A model generated the notes under the pieces. That model searched no databases, was not told the origin of the DNA, and saw only the letters and a list, made by a program, of their open reading frames with translations. 64,000 nt of DNA from an uncultured Verrucomicrobiae bacterium (GTDB lineage: Bacteria; Verrucomicrobiota; Verrucomicrobiia; Chthoniobacterales; UBA10450). The first letter of the stretch is position 1. Each line of letters starts with the position of its first letter. Positions 50,698 to 63,288 of this stretch are shown here, one piece after another. Both the position numbers and the translations under genes were made by a program. The DNA lies in assembly GCA_963726745.1 (NCBI GenBank), contig CAVSDR010000006.1, forward strand, positions 768,001 through 832,000. Direction: 5' to 3'.

Positions 50698-52425
50698 ATG
50701 TCCAGTCGAGATCAGAATGCGAGCGCACGGAAAACCCACCTGCATGCCGAGCGTTTTTTCGTGCGCGTCGGCGTGGGCATATTTCTCGCGGTCCTTCTGA
50801 TTGCGGGGCTGTTCTGGGGCGGCCGAGCCGCGTTCTCCCGTGTGCAGCGGCATCGCTTACTCCAACAGGCGCATGCTTCGCTCGAAAAAGGCGATGCGCA
50901 TTGGGCCATCACGGCGGCCCGCCGGGTTTACGAACTGGATCCGCACAATGTGGAGGCGCTGCGAATCCTGGCGCAGATCAGCGAAAAAAGCGGCTACGCC
51001 GCGGCAGTGGATTGGTGGCAGCAAGTGGTGCAGGCGGCACCGGGCTCGGTGCCGGACGGGATCGCGCTGGCCCGGAGCGCAGTTCATTTCAAACAATGGC
51101 GCATCGCGGAGGAGGCCTTGCGCCAGATGGCGAGCAAGGCCGGCGAACTACCGGACTATCATAAAGTAAAGGCGGAGTTGGCGGAGGCGCGTGGAGATAG
51201 TGCGACGGCCGAAAAGGAATTGGCCGAGGCGCTGCGGTTAGCCGGACACAACGACGACCTGGCGATCGATCTGGCCTTGGCGCGCCTAAAAGAAGAGGCG
51301 CCGGAGAAGCGGGAGCAAGCACGCCAGACGCTGCGGGAATTCATGGGCCAGGAGGCGACGCGCCTGCGGGCTGCCCGGGCTTTGCGCCGGGACGCAGCGG
51401 AACGACGCGAGCTGCATTCGTTAGTCGAGCTGGCCGCAACGACAGCGCGCTACCCTGAGGCGGATTTTGCCGACCGGCTGTTCCAGGTGGCGATGCTCCA
51501 TGAATTGCAGATGGCGGATTTCCCCGAGGCGCTCGCGATTTTGCAGCAGGAAGCTGCCGGCGAGCCCGCCAAAGCCTTTGCCCTCCTGGATTGGATGAGC
51601 ACTTCGCGGCTCTCTCTGCTGGCGCTGGAGTGGGCCAAGACGTTGCCCGCAGAAATGTCCACGCATCCGCCGGTGCCGCTCGCGCTGGTTCACTGCCATG
51701 CGGCCCTGCACGATTGGGATGGCCTGGCGTACTTTTGCCGGAGCGGAAACTGGGGAGCGCTGGAACCACTGCGCCACGCCGCCGCGGCGCGAGCCCTGCG
51801 CGAGCGTGGGGACAGCTTGGAAAGCCGAACGGAATGGGCGCTGGCCCTAAAGGCAGCCACAGACTCGAACAAGCTGCTCGCCCTCGAGCAGGAAGTGGCC
51901 ACGTGGGGATGGAAAGAGGAAGCGATCGACCTTCTTTGGACCCTGGCGAAAGATGCGGAGAAGCAGGAGATCGCCCTCAGCAGTCTGTATCGCTACTACG
52001 CCGAAAGCCGCGAGACCGGGGAAATGTATCGCGTCGCCGTGCGGCTGCTGGCGTTGCGCCCACAGGATCCCGTGGCGCAGAATAATTTTGCGCAGCTCGC
52101 GCTCCTGCTTGAAGTCGACCGGCCGAGGGCCACGGAGGTGGCGGCGCAATTATATCAAAACGAACCCGGCCAAGCGGCCTTCGCTTCGACTTATGCCTAT
52201 GCGCTGCATCTGCAGGGAAAAACGGCCGAAGCGCTCCGCATTATGCAAAGTCTGCCTCCGGAAGACCTCCGCCAACCGGCCATCGCCGCGTATCAAGGCA
52301 TTTTCTTAGCCAGCAACAACCGCCCAGCGGAGGCAGCGGAATACCTGGCCTTAACCGGGAACGCGACTCTTCTGCCCGAAGAGGAAGCTGCTATCAGCAA
52401 AGCGCGAGCGCGCCTTTTGCACTGA
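50698..52425 (+). CDS. Membrane-anchored TPR-repeat protein
   Basis: N-terminal TM; helical repeats (LDPHNVEALR, RPQDPVAQNNFA, STYAYALH); ends LLPEE. Confidence 0.8.
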   Translation: MSSRDQNASARKTHLHAERFFVRVGVGIFLAVLLIAGLFWGGRAAFSRVQRHRLLQQAHASLEKGDAHWAITAARRVYELDPHNVEALRILAQISEKSGYAAAVDWWQQVVQAAPGSVPDGIALARSAVHFKQWRIAEEALRQMASKAGELPDYHKVKAELAEARGDSATAEKELAEALRLAGHNDDLAIDLALARLKEEAPEKREQARQTLREFMGQEATRLRAARALRRDAAERRELHSLVELAATTARYPEADFADRLFQVAMLHELQMADFPEALAILQQEAAGEPAKAFALLDWMSTSRLSLLALEWAKTLPAEMSTHPPVPLALVHCHAALHDWDGLAYFCRSGNWGALEPLRHAAAARALRERGDSLESRTEWALALKAATDSNKLLALEQEVATWGWKEEAIDLLWTLAKDAEKQEIALSSLYRYYAESRETGEMYRVAVRLLALRPQDPVAQNNFAQLALLLEVDRPRATEVAAQLYQNEPGQAAFASTYAYALHLQGKTAEALRIMQSLPPEDLRQPAIAAYQGIFLASNNRPAEAAEYLALTGNATLLPEEEAAISKARARLLH

Positions 52426-52426
52426 G

Positions 52427-52462
52427 AAAAAGCAAACGGGCCGGCTCCGAAGAACCGGCCCG
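52427..52462 (-). terminator. Intrinsic terminator between convergent TPR and PEP-CTERM genes
   Basis: Stem cgggccgg/ccggcccg; on the minus strand followed by tttgcttttt. Confidence 0.65.
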
Positions 52463-52485
52463 CTGCAACCGAACACCAGACGGGA

Positions 52486-53295
52486 CTAGGAAAGCTGGCT
52501 CTCGGCGCGGCTCGCCTTCACCACTGCCCGAGCGTGCGTGCCAAGGAGGAGCGCAATCAAGGCGATGCCGCCGAGATAGGTGCTCGGCTCGGGGATCATG
52601 GGAATGCCGCCGCCGACAGACATGAGGAAGTAGGGATCGCTGTTTGGCTTCTCGCCGTGGGACGCATCGGCGTAGAGCAGGAACCCTTGAATATTGGCGT
52701 CCGACTTGCCGAGCTGCTGGAGGAGCTTGCCGAAATCGAGCTTCCAATAATCTTCCTTCGACGAAGCCCCCGGGACGGTCGTGGGCACCATCGCGGCGAA
52801 GATGTTCTCCGGCGTCGCATTAGCGAAGATGGAGTTATTCGCACCCAGGAGGATAAGGCCGGGCTCGACTTTATTTGGATTGAAAAACGCGTCGGTCGCT
52901 TTGATGTCAAAGTCTGCCAAGACGATCGAGACGGTGGAGGCGCTGACCAAACCGTTGAACTGGATGTTCAGACCAGTGGACTGCGTTTGCTTGGCCGCAT
53001 CGGCGTAGAGACCGAGCCCGAATTGAGTCACGCTGCCACCACCCTTGTCGTAAGCCACGCCGAAGGTCTGATCGAACTCAAAGTCGCGGTTCACCTGCGG
53101 GCTGAAGCTGGACTTCCCGAGCGGAGAAGCAGCGTCAATTCCTTGGGCCGCGGTCATGGTGTAGTTGGCCCCGGTGGGTGTGTAGGAATGGCCGAGAAGG
53201 ACGGCCGCCTGCGTCGCGGAGGACAAAGCGAGGAGACCGGCGCTCGCCAGCAAAAGACGGCAAGTCGAGGAAGCGAAGGGCACAAGTGATTTCAT
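52486..53295 (-). CDS. PEP-CTERM sorting-signal surface protein
   Basis: Signal peptide ending ATQA; C-terminal IPEPSTYLGGIALIALLLG followed by basic residues. Confidence 0.88.
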   Translation of the reverse strand: MKSLVPFASSTCRLLLASAGLLALSSATQAAVLLGHSYTPTGANYTMTAAQGIDAASPLGKSSFSPQVNRDFEFDQTFGVAYDKGGGSVTQFGLGLYADAAKQTQSTGLNIQFNGLVSASTVSIVLADFDIKATDAFFNPNKVEPGLILLGANNSIFANATPENIFAAMVPTTVPGASSKEDYWKLDFGKLLQQLGKSDANIQGFLLYADASHGEKPNSDPYFLMSVGGGIPMIPEPSTYLGGIALIALLLGTHARAVVKASRAESQLS

Positions 53296-53656
53296 GATGG
53301 TGATGCGAATGGTGTGTTTGGATTTATAAACAACAGACTGATGAACCGTTGAAGATTCATAATTGTCATAATTGATTCTCATTCGGCAACAAATTTCTCA
53401 TGCCGCATGGAAAAGTTTTTGTGCGCACCGGGCATTTTGCCCACTTTCCGGCTTAAAAACTCCCTTTACGGGGTCGTAAGCGGAAGGAAAGGCAGGGGAA
53501 GGGACAAAAGCCGTCAGCGTAGGCACGCCGAGGATTTCGTGCCAATCGCCGGCCTGCGGCGAAATTCGCTGCGACCCAAGAGGCTGTCGGCAGCGGGTGC
53601 CGACACGCCGAAGAGATTTACAAGAGGCGGCTCAGAGTCCGCCCATTCGGCCCGGG

Positions 53657-54670
53657 CTAAGGCAACTGCCCGAGTTGCTCCTGCTCCGACGGCCGCGCCA
53701 GGAGCTTGATATCGGCATCGACCATGATCTCGACGAGTTCCTTGAAGCGGGTTTTCGGTTCCCAATCGAGCACGCGCTTGGCCTTTGCCGGATCGCCGAT
53801 GAGCAACTCAACCTCCGCCGGACGCTCGTAGCGCTCGTCGTGCTTCACGTATTCCTTCCAGTCCATGTCGGCACGGGCAAAGGCGACTTCGCAGAACTCG
53901 CGCACAGTGTGGGTTTCGTTCGTCGCGAGGACAAAATCGTCGCCCTCGTCGTGCTGCAAGATGCGCCACATGCCCTCGACATATTCCGGAGCGTAACCCC
54001 AATCGCGCTTGGCCTCGAGGTTGCCGAGGAAGAGTTCCTTTTGCAGACCGTGCTTAATCGCCGCGACCGCGCGGGTGATCTTGCGGGTGACGAAGGTTTC
54101 GCCGCGCCGCGGGCTTTCGTGGTTAAAGAGAATGCCGTTGCTCGCGCACAGGCCGTAGCTTTCGCGGTAGTTGATCGTCGCCCAGTAGCTGAAAACCTTC
54201 GCCACCGCGTAGGGACTGCGCGGCCAGAAGGGCGTCGTCTCGGTCTGCGGGACTTCCTGGACTTTGCCGAACATCTCGCTGCTTGAGGCCTGATAAAAAC
54301 GCGAACGGATGCCGGTCTCGCGGATCGCCTCGAGGATGCGGATGGTGCCCACGCCGGTGACGTCGGCCGTGTATTCCGGGATGTCGAAGCTCACGCGCAC
54401 GTGGCTTTGGGCGGCGAGATTGTAGATCTCGTCCGGCTTCAAATTATACAGCAACTTCACCAGGTTCACCGAGTCGGCGAGATCGCCGTAATGCAGGAAA
54501 AGGCGAACGCCGTTGATGTGCGGATCCGCGTAAAGATGATCGATGCGCGAGGTGTTGAACGAGCTCGCACGGCGGATGATCCCATGGACTTCGTAGCCTT
54601 TTTGCAGGAGCAAATCGGCGAGGTAGCTGCCGTCCTGACCTGTGATCCCGGTGATGAGTGCTTTTTTCAT
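53657..54670 (-). CDS. gmd: GDP-mannose 4,6-dehydratase
   Basis: [54 protein letters not shown]. Confidence 0.98.
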   Translation of the reverse strand: MKKALITGITGQDGSYLADLLLQKGYEVHGIIRRASSFNTSRIDHLYADPHINGVRLFLHYGDLADSVNLVKLLYNLKPDEIYNLAAQSHVRVSFDIPEYTADVTGVGTIRILEAIRETGIRSRFYQASSSEMFGKVQEVPQTETTPFWPRSPYAVAKVFSYWATINYRESYGLCASNGILFNHESPRRGETFVTRKITRAVAAIKHGLQKELFLGNLEAKRDWGYAPEYVEGMWRILQHDEGDDFVLATNETHTVREFCEVAFARADMDWKEYVKHDERYERPAEVELLIGDPAKAKRVLDWEPKTRFKELVEIMVDADIKLLARPSEQEQLGQLP

Positions 54671-54717
54671 TGGTTGGTGATTCTCCCGCGGCTGCGGCGA
54701 GAAATCGGTAGCACGAT

Positions 54718-55461
54718 CTAAACCGCTTGCACGCCCAAATGCCGCAGGGCTGCGCGCTGGGCCTCGACCAGCTCGGCGATTCCCTTGCGCCCGAGCGTGA
54801 GCATGCCGGCTAATTCCTCCGGCGAAAACGTCGCCTCCTCGCCAGAACCTTGCAGCTCCACAAATTCGCCGTCCTCGGTCGCAACGAGGTTGAAATCGAC
54901 CGTGACCGCTTTGTCCTCCTCGTAGTTCAAGTCGAGCACCGCGGTCTGCGCGAGCACGCCGGCGCTGACCGCCGCGACGAACTTCCGCAAGGGCGACTGC
55001 TTGAATTTTTTCTCGTCGAGCAATCTTTGGCACGCCAGCGCCATGGCCACGCTCGCGCCGGTGATCGCTGCAGTGCGCGTGCCGCCATCGGCCTGGAGCA
55101 CATCGCAATCGACCCAGATGGTGCGCTGCCCCAACTTGTCCAGGTCGACCACCGCGCGGAGCGAGCGACCGATAAGGCGCTGAATCTCGGAGCTGCGGCC
55201 ATCCAGGCGGCCCTTCGCGATGTCGCGCGGCTTCCGCCACTGGGTCGAGTAGGGCAGCATGGAATACTCCGCGGTCAGCCAGCCGCCTGGCACGCCCTGT
55301 TGTTTCATCCAACCAGGGACGCCATCCTCGATCATAACCGCGCAAATTACACGGGTGCTTCCCATGGCCACCAGGACGGAACCGGTTGCCTGCGGGGCGA
55401 TCCCCAATTCGAAGCTAATTGGGCGAAGTTGATCGGGTGCGCGGCCATCGGTGCGGAGCAT
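54718..55461 (-). CDS. rph: Ribonuclease PH
   Basis: [55 protein letters not shown]. Confidence 0.98.
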   Translation of the reverse strand: MLRTDGRAPDQLRPISFELGIAPQATGSVLVAMGSTRVICAVMIEDGVPGWMKQQGVPGGWLTAEYSMLPYSTQWRKPRDIAKGRLDGRSSEIQRLIGRSLRAVVDLDKLGQRTIWVDCDVLQADGGTRTAAITGASVAMALACQRLLDEKKFKQSPLRKFVAAVSAGVLAQTAVLDLNYEEDKAVTVDFNLVATEDGEFVELQGSGEEATFSPEELAGMLTLGRKGIAELVEAQRAALRHLGVQAV

Positions 55462-55570
55462 GCGCGCAGCGTAAACCGTCACGATCAAGGCGCGAATGAA
55501 AAGAGGCCACCGCTGCGAGACGATGGGTGCCTCGAAATTACGCATCGGCGAAATTTTTTCGGGGCTGCGC

Positions 55571-55712
55571 TTGACGCCGAGAAAGCGCTGCCTAATCTGC
55601 CGACCGTTCGATCGGTTGCCTTCGACTCCATGCGAGGGAAAAGCGGCCGCCGCAAAAAAGATCAAACTTTTTTGTGAATCGCAGTTGACGGAAGCGTCAT
55701 TCGCGATAATTT
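55571..55712 (+). promoter_or_regulatory. Tandem rRNA-type promoters P1/P2
   Basis: TTGACG-16 bp-TAATCT (55571-55598) and TTGACG-16 bp-TAATTT (55685-55712), each preceded by A/T tracts. Confidence 0.7.
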
Positions 55713-55880
55713 CGACACCCCGCCGCAAACGGGACTTCGGAAGCGCAAGCCTTCGGAGTTGTGTTCTGGAAATTTTGGGACTGCAAATTGGAACTCAATT
55801 TTGTCCCGCCTTGATTACGGCAACGTGTTCGAGTCGGAAGACAGAGTTGAGTTTTTTTGTCGCCTAGAATATCGCAGTCG

Positions 55881-55894
55881 CTGGTTCTTTGACA
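55881..55894 (+). promoter_or_regulatory. boxA-like antitermination element
   Basis: ctggTTCTTTGACA resembles rRNA boxA (TGCTCTTTAACA), located between the promoters and 23S. Confidence 0.65.
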
Positions 55895-56031
55895 TCTACA
55901 TACAGGGTAGTAAAAACAACTTTTAAGAGCTGAGTCTGAAATATGCGGCCAGGAGGTAAGATGCCTGGCCTGCGAGAGTTTCAGTTATCATAAAGATCTC
56001 TGGTCCGGCATTCGCCGGATCGGAACAGATT

Positions 56032-58889
<2,858 letters not shown>

Positions 58890-59124
58890 TTTACTTTTCA
58901 ATTAACCCGTCGCTTCGTCTGCAAGGACGGAGCGGCGGTAAATTGAGGGGAATGACTTAAAATAAAACGAAGCCTTGAAAATTGCGGACACTGTCCCTGT
59001 ATGTAGATATCAGAGAATCAGCACACACTGGTTCTTTAGGAAAATGACCTGGTTAGATCACCAGAGATTCGGAGTCGAAGGCTCCTCCCCCGCCTGGGGT
59101 TGGATGCAAGAGACGGCTCGGCCC

Positions 59125-59239
59125 TCTGGTGATCATAGCGCAGTGGCCCCACCCGTTCCCATTCCGAACACGGAAGTGAAACGCTGCAGCCCCGATGGTA
59201 GTGCATCTATAGGTTGTGCGAGAGTAGGACGTCGCCAGA
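59125..59239 (+). rRNA. rrf: 5S ribosomal RNA
   Basis: tctggtgatcatagc...cacccgttcccattccgaacacggaagtgaa...gatggtagt...gagagtaggacgtcgccaga. Confidence 0.97.
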
Positions 59240-59245
59240 ATTTAT

Positions 59246-59284
59246 GCCCGGCTTCTTGGAAACAAGAGGCCGGGCTTTTTCTTT
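59246..59284 (+). terminator. rRNA operon terminator
   Basis: gcccggcttcttg-gaaa-caagaggccgggc followed by tttttcttt. Confidence 0.92.
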
Positions 59285-59379
59285 GCCGCCGATGACAGGC
59301 GAACAAAGTCGTTCAGTGGATTTGCAGCCAAGTTGGCAAAGACTTGAATAGATCGAGCCCTACCCCCTTCTATACAGGC

Positions 59380-59713
59380 ATGAAAACGAACTCCCTGTTC
59401 AGTCTCGCCGCCAGCGCACTACTTGCCTTCAGCGGCACCGCTCTGGCTAGCCCCAGCAAAACCTACCAAGTCACTGGACCAATCCTGGAGATGAACGACT
59501 CCATGGTTGCGGTGCAGAAAGGGTAAGGAACGCTGGGAGGTCGCCCGCGATGCCAGCACCAAAGCCACCGGCGAAATGAAAGTCGGTGACAAGGTCACGA
59601 TCACCTACACCATGACCGCAACCGAGATCGAATCCAAAGCCGCCGCACCGACGGCAGCGAAGGACGCAGGAGCCAAGCCAGCGAAAACCGCCGCCTCTCC
59701 CGCGAAGAAGTAG
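59380..59713 (+). CDS. Small exported hypothetical protein, beta-rich (frameshift near 59520)
   Basis: Signal peptide then KTYQVTGPILE...VQKG/KERWEVARD...KVGDKVTITYTMTA. Confidence 0.75.
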
Positions 59714-59743
59714 GTTCAGTTCGAGGGCAGCCGGCGGAAAAGC

Positions 59744-61255
59744 TTAACGCCGCCGGCTGCCGCTTCCGAGGACGGATCCGAGCAGGCCGCGCACGATTTG
59801 CCGGCCGATCTGCGAACTCGCGGCCCGCATCGCACTTTTCATCATGCTGGTGGCGACCGAGTCCTTGACTGCGCCCCGGGGCCCGATCGTCGGTTGGAAG
59901 ACCGACTCGATTTTGCCCATGACCGAAGGGGACGTGCCTGTCGGGGAACCCGCGCCCGGCGCAGCGGCGGCCACCTTCTCGGCCGCGCGCGCCTGGAGTT
60001 TTTCATAGGCCGACTCACGGTCGACCGTTTTCTCGTAGTGCCCGAAAACGACGGACCCGTTAATGATCGCCTGCCTCTGCTGTGGCGTGACGGGGCCAAT
60101 CTGGCTTCGCGGCGGAGCAATCAGGGCGCGCTGAACGATCCCGGGTTTGCCATCCTCCTCGAGCATGGAAACGAGCGCCTCCCCTACTCCTAATTCGGTC
60201 AAAACCGACTCGACGTTGAGCTTCGGATTTTGGCGGAAGGTTTGCGCTGCCGCGGAGACCGCCTTCTGGTCGCGCGGAGTGAAGGCACGGAGCGCATGTT
60301 GCACCCGGTTGCCGAGCTGCCCGAGGACCACATCCGGAATATCCAGCGGGTTCTGACTCACGAAGTAAACGCCCACCCCCTTCGAGCGAATGAGCCGCAC
60401 GACCTGCTCGATCTTATCCCCGAGCGCCTTCTCGATGTCGGCAAATAGCAGATGCGCCTCGTCGAAGAAGAAAACCAGCTTCGGCTTTTCCACGTCGCCG
60501 ACTTCGGGCAGGCGCTCGAAGAGCTCCGAGAGGAGCCAGAGCAGGAACGTCGCGTAAACCTTGGGCGACTGCTGCATCAATTTGTCGGCTGCGAGAATGT
60601 TGATCACCCCGCGGCCATTCTGCGTTTGCAGGAGATCCTCGAGGTCGAGCGCGGGTTCGCCGAAAAATTTGTCAGCGCCTTGTGATTCCAGCGCGAGCAA
60701 GTTGCGCTGGATCGCCCCGGCGCTCGCGGTGGAGACGTTGCCGTATTGCGTTTTAAATTCCGCCGCGTTATCGGCCACGAACTGCACCATCGAGCGCAAA
60801 TCTTTCAGATCGAGCAAGAGGAGGCCGCGTTCATCCGCGATCCGGAAGACCATGTTGAGCACGCCTTCCTGGGTGTCGTTTAACTCGAGCAAGCGGCCCA
60901 AGAGGAGCGGCCCCATCTCTGAGACCGTCGCACGCACCGGATGCCCGCTTTCGCCGAAGACATCCCAGAAAACCACCGGCGAGCCCTCCGGCTTCCAGTC
61001 CGCGAGCTGCAGATCTTTGACTCGTTGATCGACTTTCGCGTTGCCGCCGCCGGGCTGGCTCACCCCTGCGAGGTCGCCTTTCACGTCGGCCATAAAGACG
61101 GGCACCCCGCGCGCGCTGAAGCTCTCCGCCAGAGTCTGCAAGGTAACCGTCTTGCCGGTACCGGTCGCGCCGGCGATGAGGCCGTGGCGGTTCGCCATTT
61201 TCGGCAAAAGAAAAATCGGGGCGTCGCCCTGTGCGACCAGGATGGGATCGTTCAT
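59744..61255 (-). CDS. DUF853 / YjgR HerA-like ATPase
   Basis: [51 protein letters not shown]. Confidence 0.93.
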   Translation of the reverse strand: MNDPILVAQGDAPIFLLPKMANRHGLIAGATGTGKTVTLQTLAESFSARGVPVFMADVKGDLAGVSQPGGGNAKVDQRVKDLQLADWKPEGSPVVFWDVFGESGHPVRATVSEMGPLLLGRLLELNDTQEGVLNMVFRIADERGLLLLDLKDLRSMVQFVADNAAEFKTQYGNVSTASAGAIQRNLLALESQGADKFFGEPALDLEDLLQTQNGRGVINILAADKLMQQSPKVYATFLLWLLSELFERLPEVGDVEKPKLVFFFDEAHLLFADIEKALGDKIEQVVRLIRSKGVGVYFVSQNPLDIPDVVLGQLGNRVQHALRAFTPRDQKAVSAAAQTFRQNPKLNVESVLTELGVGEALVSMLEEDGKPGIVQRALIAPPRSQIGPVTPQQRQAIINGSVVFGHYEKTVDRESAYEKLQARAAEKVAAAAPGAGSPTGTSPSVMGKIESVFQPTIGPRGAVKDSVATSMMKSAMRAASSQIGRQIVRGLLGSVLGSGSRRR

Positions 61256-61312
61256 GCGCCCGCAGTCTGTGCGGAAACGGACGAGCTTGTCCAGATTGTC
61301 GGCAGTTTCCCG

Positions 61313-63190
61313 CTAGACCCCGGCGGTTTCCACCGCCTGCGTCTCGGGCGCGAGCTCATCGACAGGCGCAGCCTCGATCGAGATGATCTCAAACGTGCCC
61401 GTGCCTTGCTCGGAATTGAGCGTCACCTGGTCTCCGACCTTGTGACCGAGAAGCGCCTGCCCGATGGCCGTCTGGTAGGAAAGAATGCCGCGATCGGGAT
61501 CGCCATCCCAAGCGCCGAGAATGCTGTAGGTCTCTTCCTTGCCGGAAGCGCCTTCGCGTAGCGTGACCACCGTGCCGATGGAAACCTGCGACGTGTCCGG
61601 ATTCTCAAAGTTCGTCCCGCGCGCGCTATGGAGCGCGATCTCGAGCTCGGCCTTCCGCCGCATGAGCACGGCCTGCATTTCCTTGGCCGCCTTGAACTCG
61701 AAATTCTCCCGGAGATCACCGTAGGAGCGAGCGACCCCGATCTCTTTTGAATTCTCGGGAATCTTCTTCATCACCAGCTCCTCGAGCTCGGCTTTGCGCT
61801 TCTCCAGGCTGCTCCAGGAAACAACCAGCGACTCGATCTTTTCGTCCTTCTGCTCGCCGGTGACGACGCTTTCGAGTTCCGGGTAGAGCTTGATGATGCG
61901 CGCCAGCAGCGAACGCTTCGTCAGTTCGTCGAAGACCGGCGTGAGCATGAGCCGGCGCATGCCATCGCGGGCCACGCTCATCTCCGCGTTCGCGTAGATA
62001 TCCGGCAGGAGCTCGCGGTCCTCGAGCAGCAGGTCGCGCAGCTTGCTCCCGCGGCTGTTTTCGTTGTGCTGGTCGCGCTCGAGCGCGGACAAGATCGCGC
62101 TGAGTAATTCCGGCGTGATCAGATCGCGAAATTCGCCCTCCCGCTCGCGGCAAAGCCAAACCAACATCTCGCTGGTGATGGAATGCTCGCGAATGGCGCG
62201 CTGGAAATAGGTCCGCAGTTCCGCCTGCAGGCCGCTCTCGACAAAAATCCGCGGGATCTGCGAAACCGCGCGCGCGTGGTTCGACTGCAGCAGCTGGAAG
62301 GCGCGCTTGGTCCAATCCATCCCCAAGGCCGCCGGCAACACCTGGAGCACGCGCTTTTCCTTAGCCGAGGGCAGCTTCGGCAGAATCACGATAAGCTTCC
62401 CCTCCTCCTCGAAGAGCAAACGCTGCAGCGTGAGCTGCGGTTGGCTGCTGGTGAGCCCGGGAGTGCGCTCCATGAGATCGTCGCGCGCGATCACCAGCTC
62501 GACGGAGAACGCCGGGTTAAAGCGCTGATTGCGCTGCGCCGCATCCTCGATCGCGTCGACCAGCGGCTGCAGCTGCGCCACCGGGTCGTTGAACTCGCTG
62601 TGAAATTTGATGATTTGGTCGAGCGCCGCGGTCTGCTCCTTCGGCTGGCGCGCGTTATTAAAGAACGCGAGCAACTCCTCCGCGCGGGAGACTTTCTCCG
62701 CCCGCAGTTGGATCGGCTCCGTCTTCTTGGCCGGGATGTGGAAGAAGCCCTCCTTCTTCAGGGCCTTCGTGGTCGAGGTCCACCAGCGCTTCCATTCCGC
62801 CTCGTTGAAAAGATCGCCCGTCATCAGCTGGCTGATCTGCGTGACCGTGGCCGAACCGCCGAGGCTCTCGAGCACGTTGCGCATGATCCCGGCGGGATCC
62901 TTCTTCAGCTGCTCCTTGATCGCGCCGAGGTTCGTCGCCTTGCGGGCGAGGAAATGTTCCGGCGGGATCGCCTGCAGGTGATCGGCCGCGTAGGCCAGCT
63001 GCATCGCGTGGCCTTTTTTGCCGGCAAAATCGATCAGGATCTGGTTCAGCAGGAGATTCCACTCTGCCACCTTTCCGAAGCCCCAGCTCTTGTGCAGGCA
63101 ATAGGTGCCCGGCTTGAGCTGCTCCATTTGATCGACCTGTTTGGGCGTTAATTTGCCAGCGACTACCAGCTTCTCGAGTTCAGCATCCAT
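61313..63190 (-). CDS. greA: Long GreA/GreB-family transcription elongation factor
   Basis: C-terminal ARSYGDLRENFEFKAAK, VSIGTVV, ILGAWD, LSYQTAIGQALLG; about 460-aa N-terminal extension (HKSWGFG). Confidence 0.9.
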   Translation of the reverse strand: MDAELEKLVVAGKLTPKQVDQMEQLKPGTYCLHKSWGFGKVAEWNLLLNQILIDFAGKKGHAMQLAYAADHLQAIPPEHFLARKATNLGAIKEQLKKDPAGIMRNVLESLGGSATVTQISQLMTGDLFNEAEWKRWWTSTTKALKKEGFFHIPAKKTEPIQLRAEKVSRAEELLAFFNNARQPKEQTAALDQIIKFHSEFNDPVAQLQPLVDAIEDAAQRNQRFNPAFSVELVIARDDLMERTPGLTSSQPQLTLQRLLFEEEGKLIVILPKLPSAKEKRVLQVLPAALGMDWTKRAFQLLQSNHARAVSQIPRIFVESGLQAELRTYFQRAIREHSITSEMLVWLCREREGEFRDLITPELLSAILSALERDQHNENSRGSKLRDLLLEDRELLPDIYANAEMSVARDGMRRLMLTPVFDELTKRSLLARIIKLYPELESVVTGEQKDEKIESLVVSWSSLEKRKAELEELVMKKIPENSKEIGVARSYGDLRENFEFKAAKEMQAVLMRRKAELEIALHSARGTNFENPDTSQVSIGTVVTLREGASGKEETYSILGAWDGDPDRGILSYQTAIGQALLGHKVGDQVTLNSEQGTGTFEIISIEAAPVDELAPETQAVETAGV

Positions 63191-63288
63191 CAGGGACTAT
63201 GAAGCTACGGCGTTCGGTCGCGGGCGCCAGAGAAAACTCCAGCACGCAGAGGCATTTGCGATTGCCACCTCTCTGGCCCCGTGGGACG

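Noticed and set aside
59046..59124. Possible tRNA in the 23S-5S spacer
   Set aside because: No cloverleaf, T-loop consensus or acceptor stem; the pairing seen is with the 5S 5' end.
59744..61255. HerA-like ATPase as a defence system
   Set aside because: Standalone YjgR/DUF853 type with no nuclease or Sir2 partner adjacent.
63191..63288. yybP-ykoY riboswitch expected upstream of terC/alx
   Set aside because: The region is under 100 bp, shared with the divergent greA promoter, and I see no matching conserved elements.
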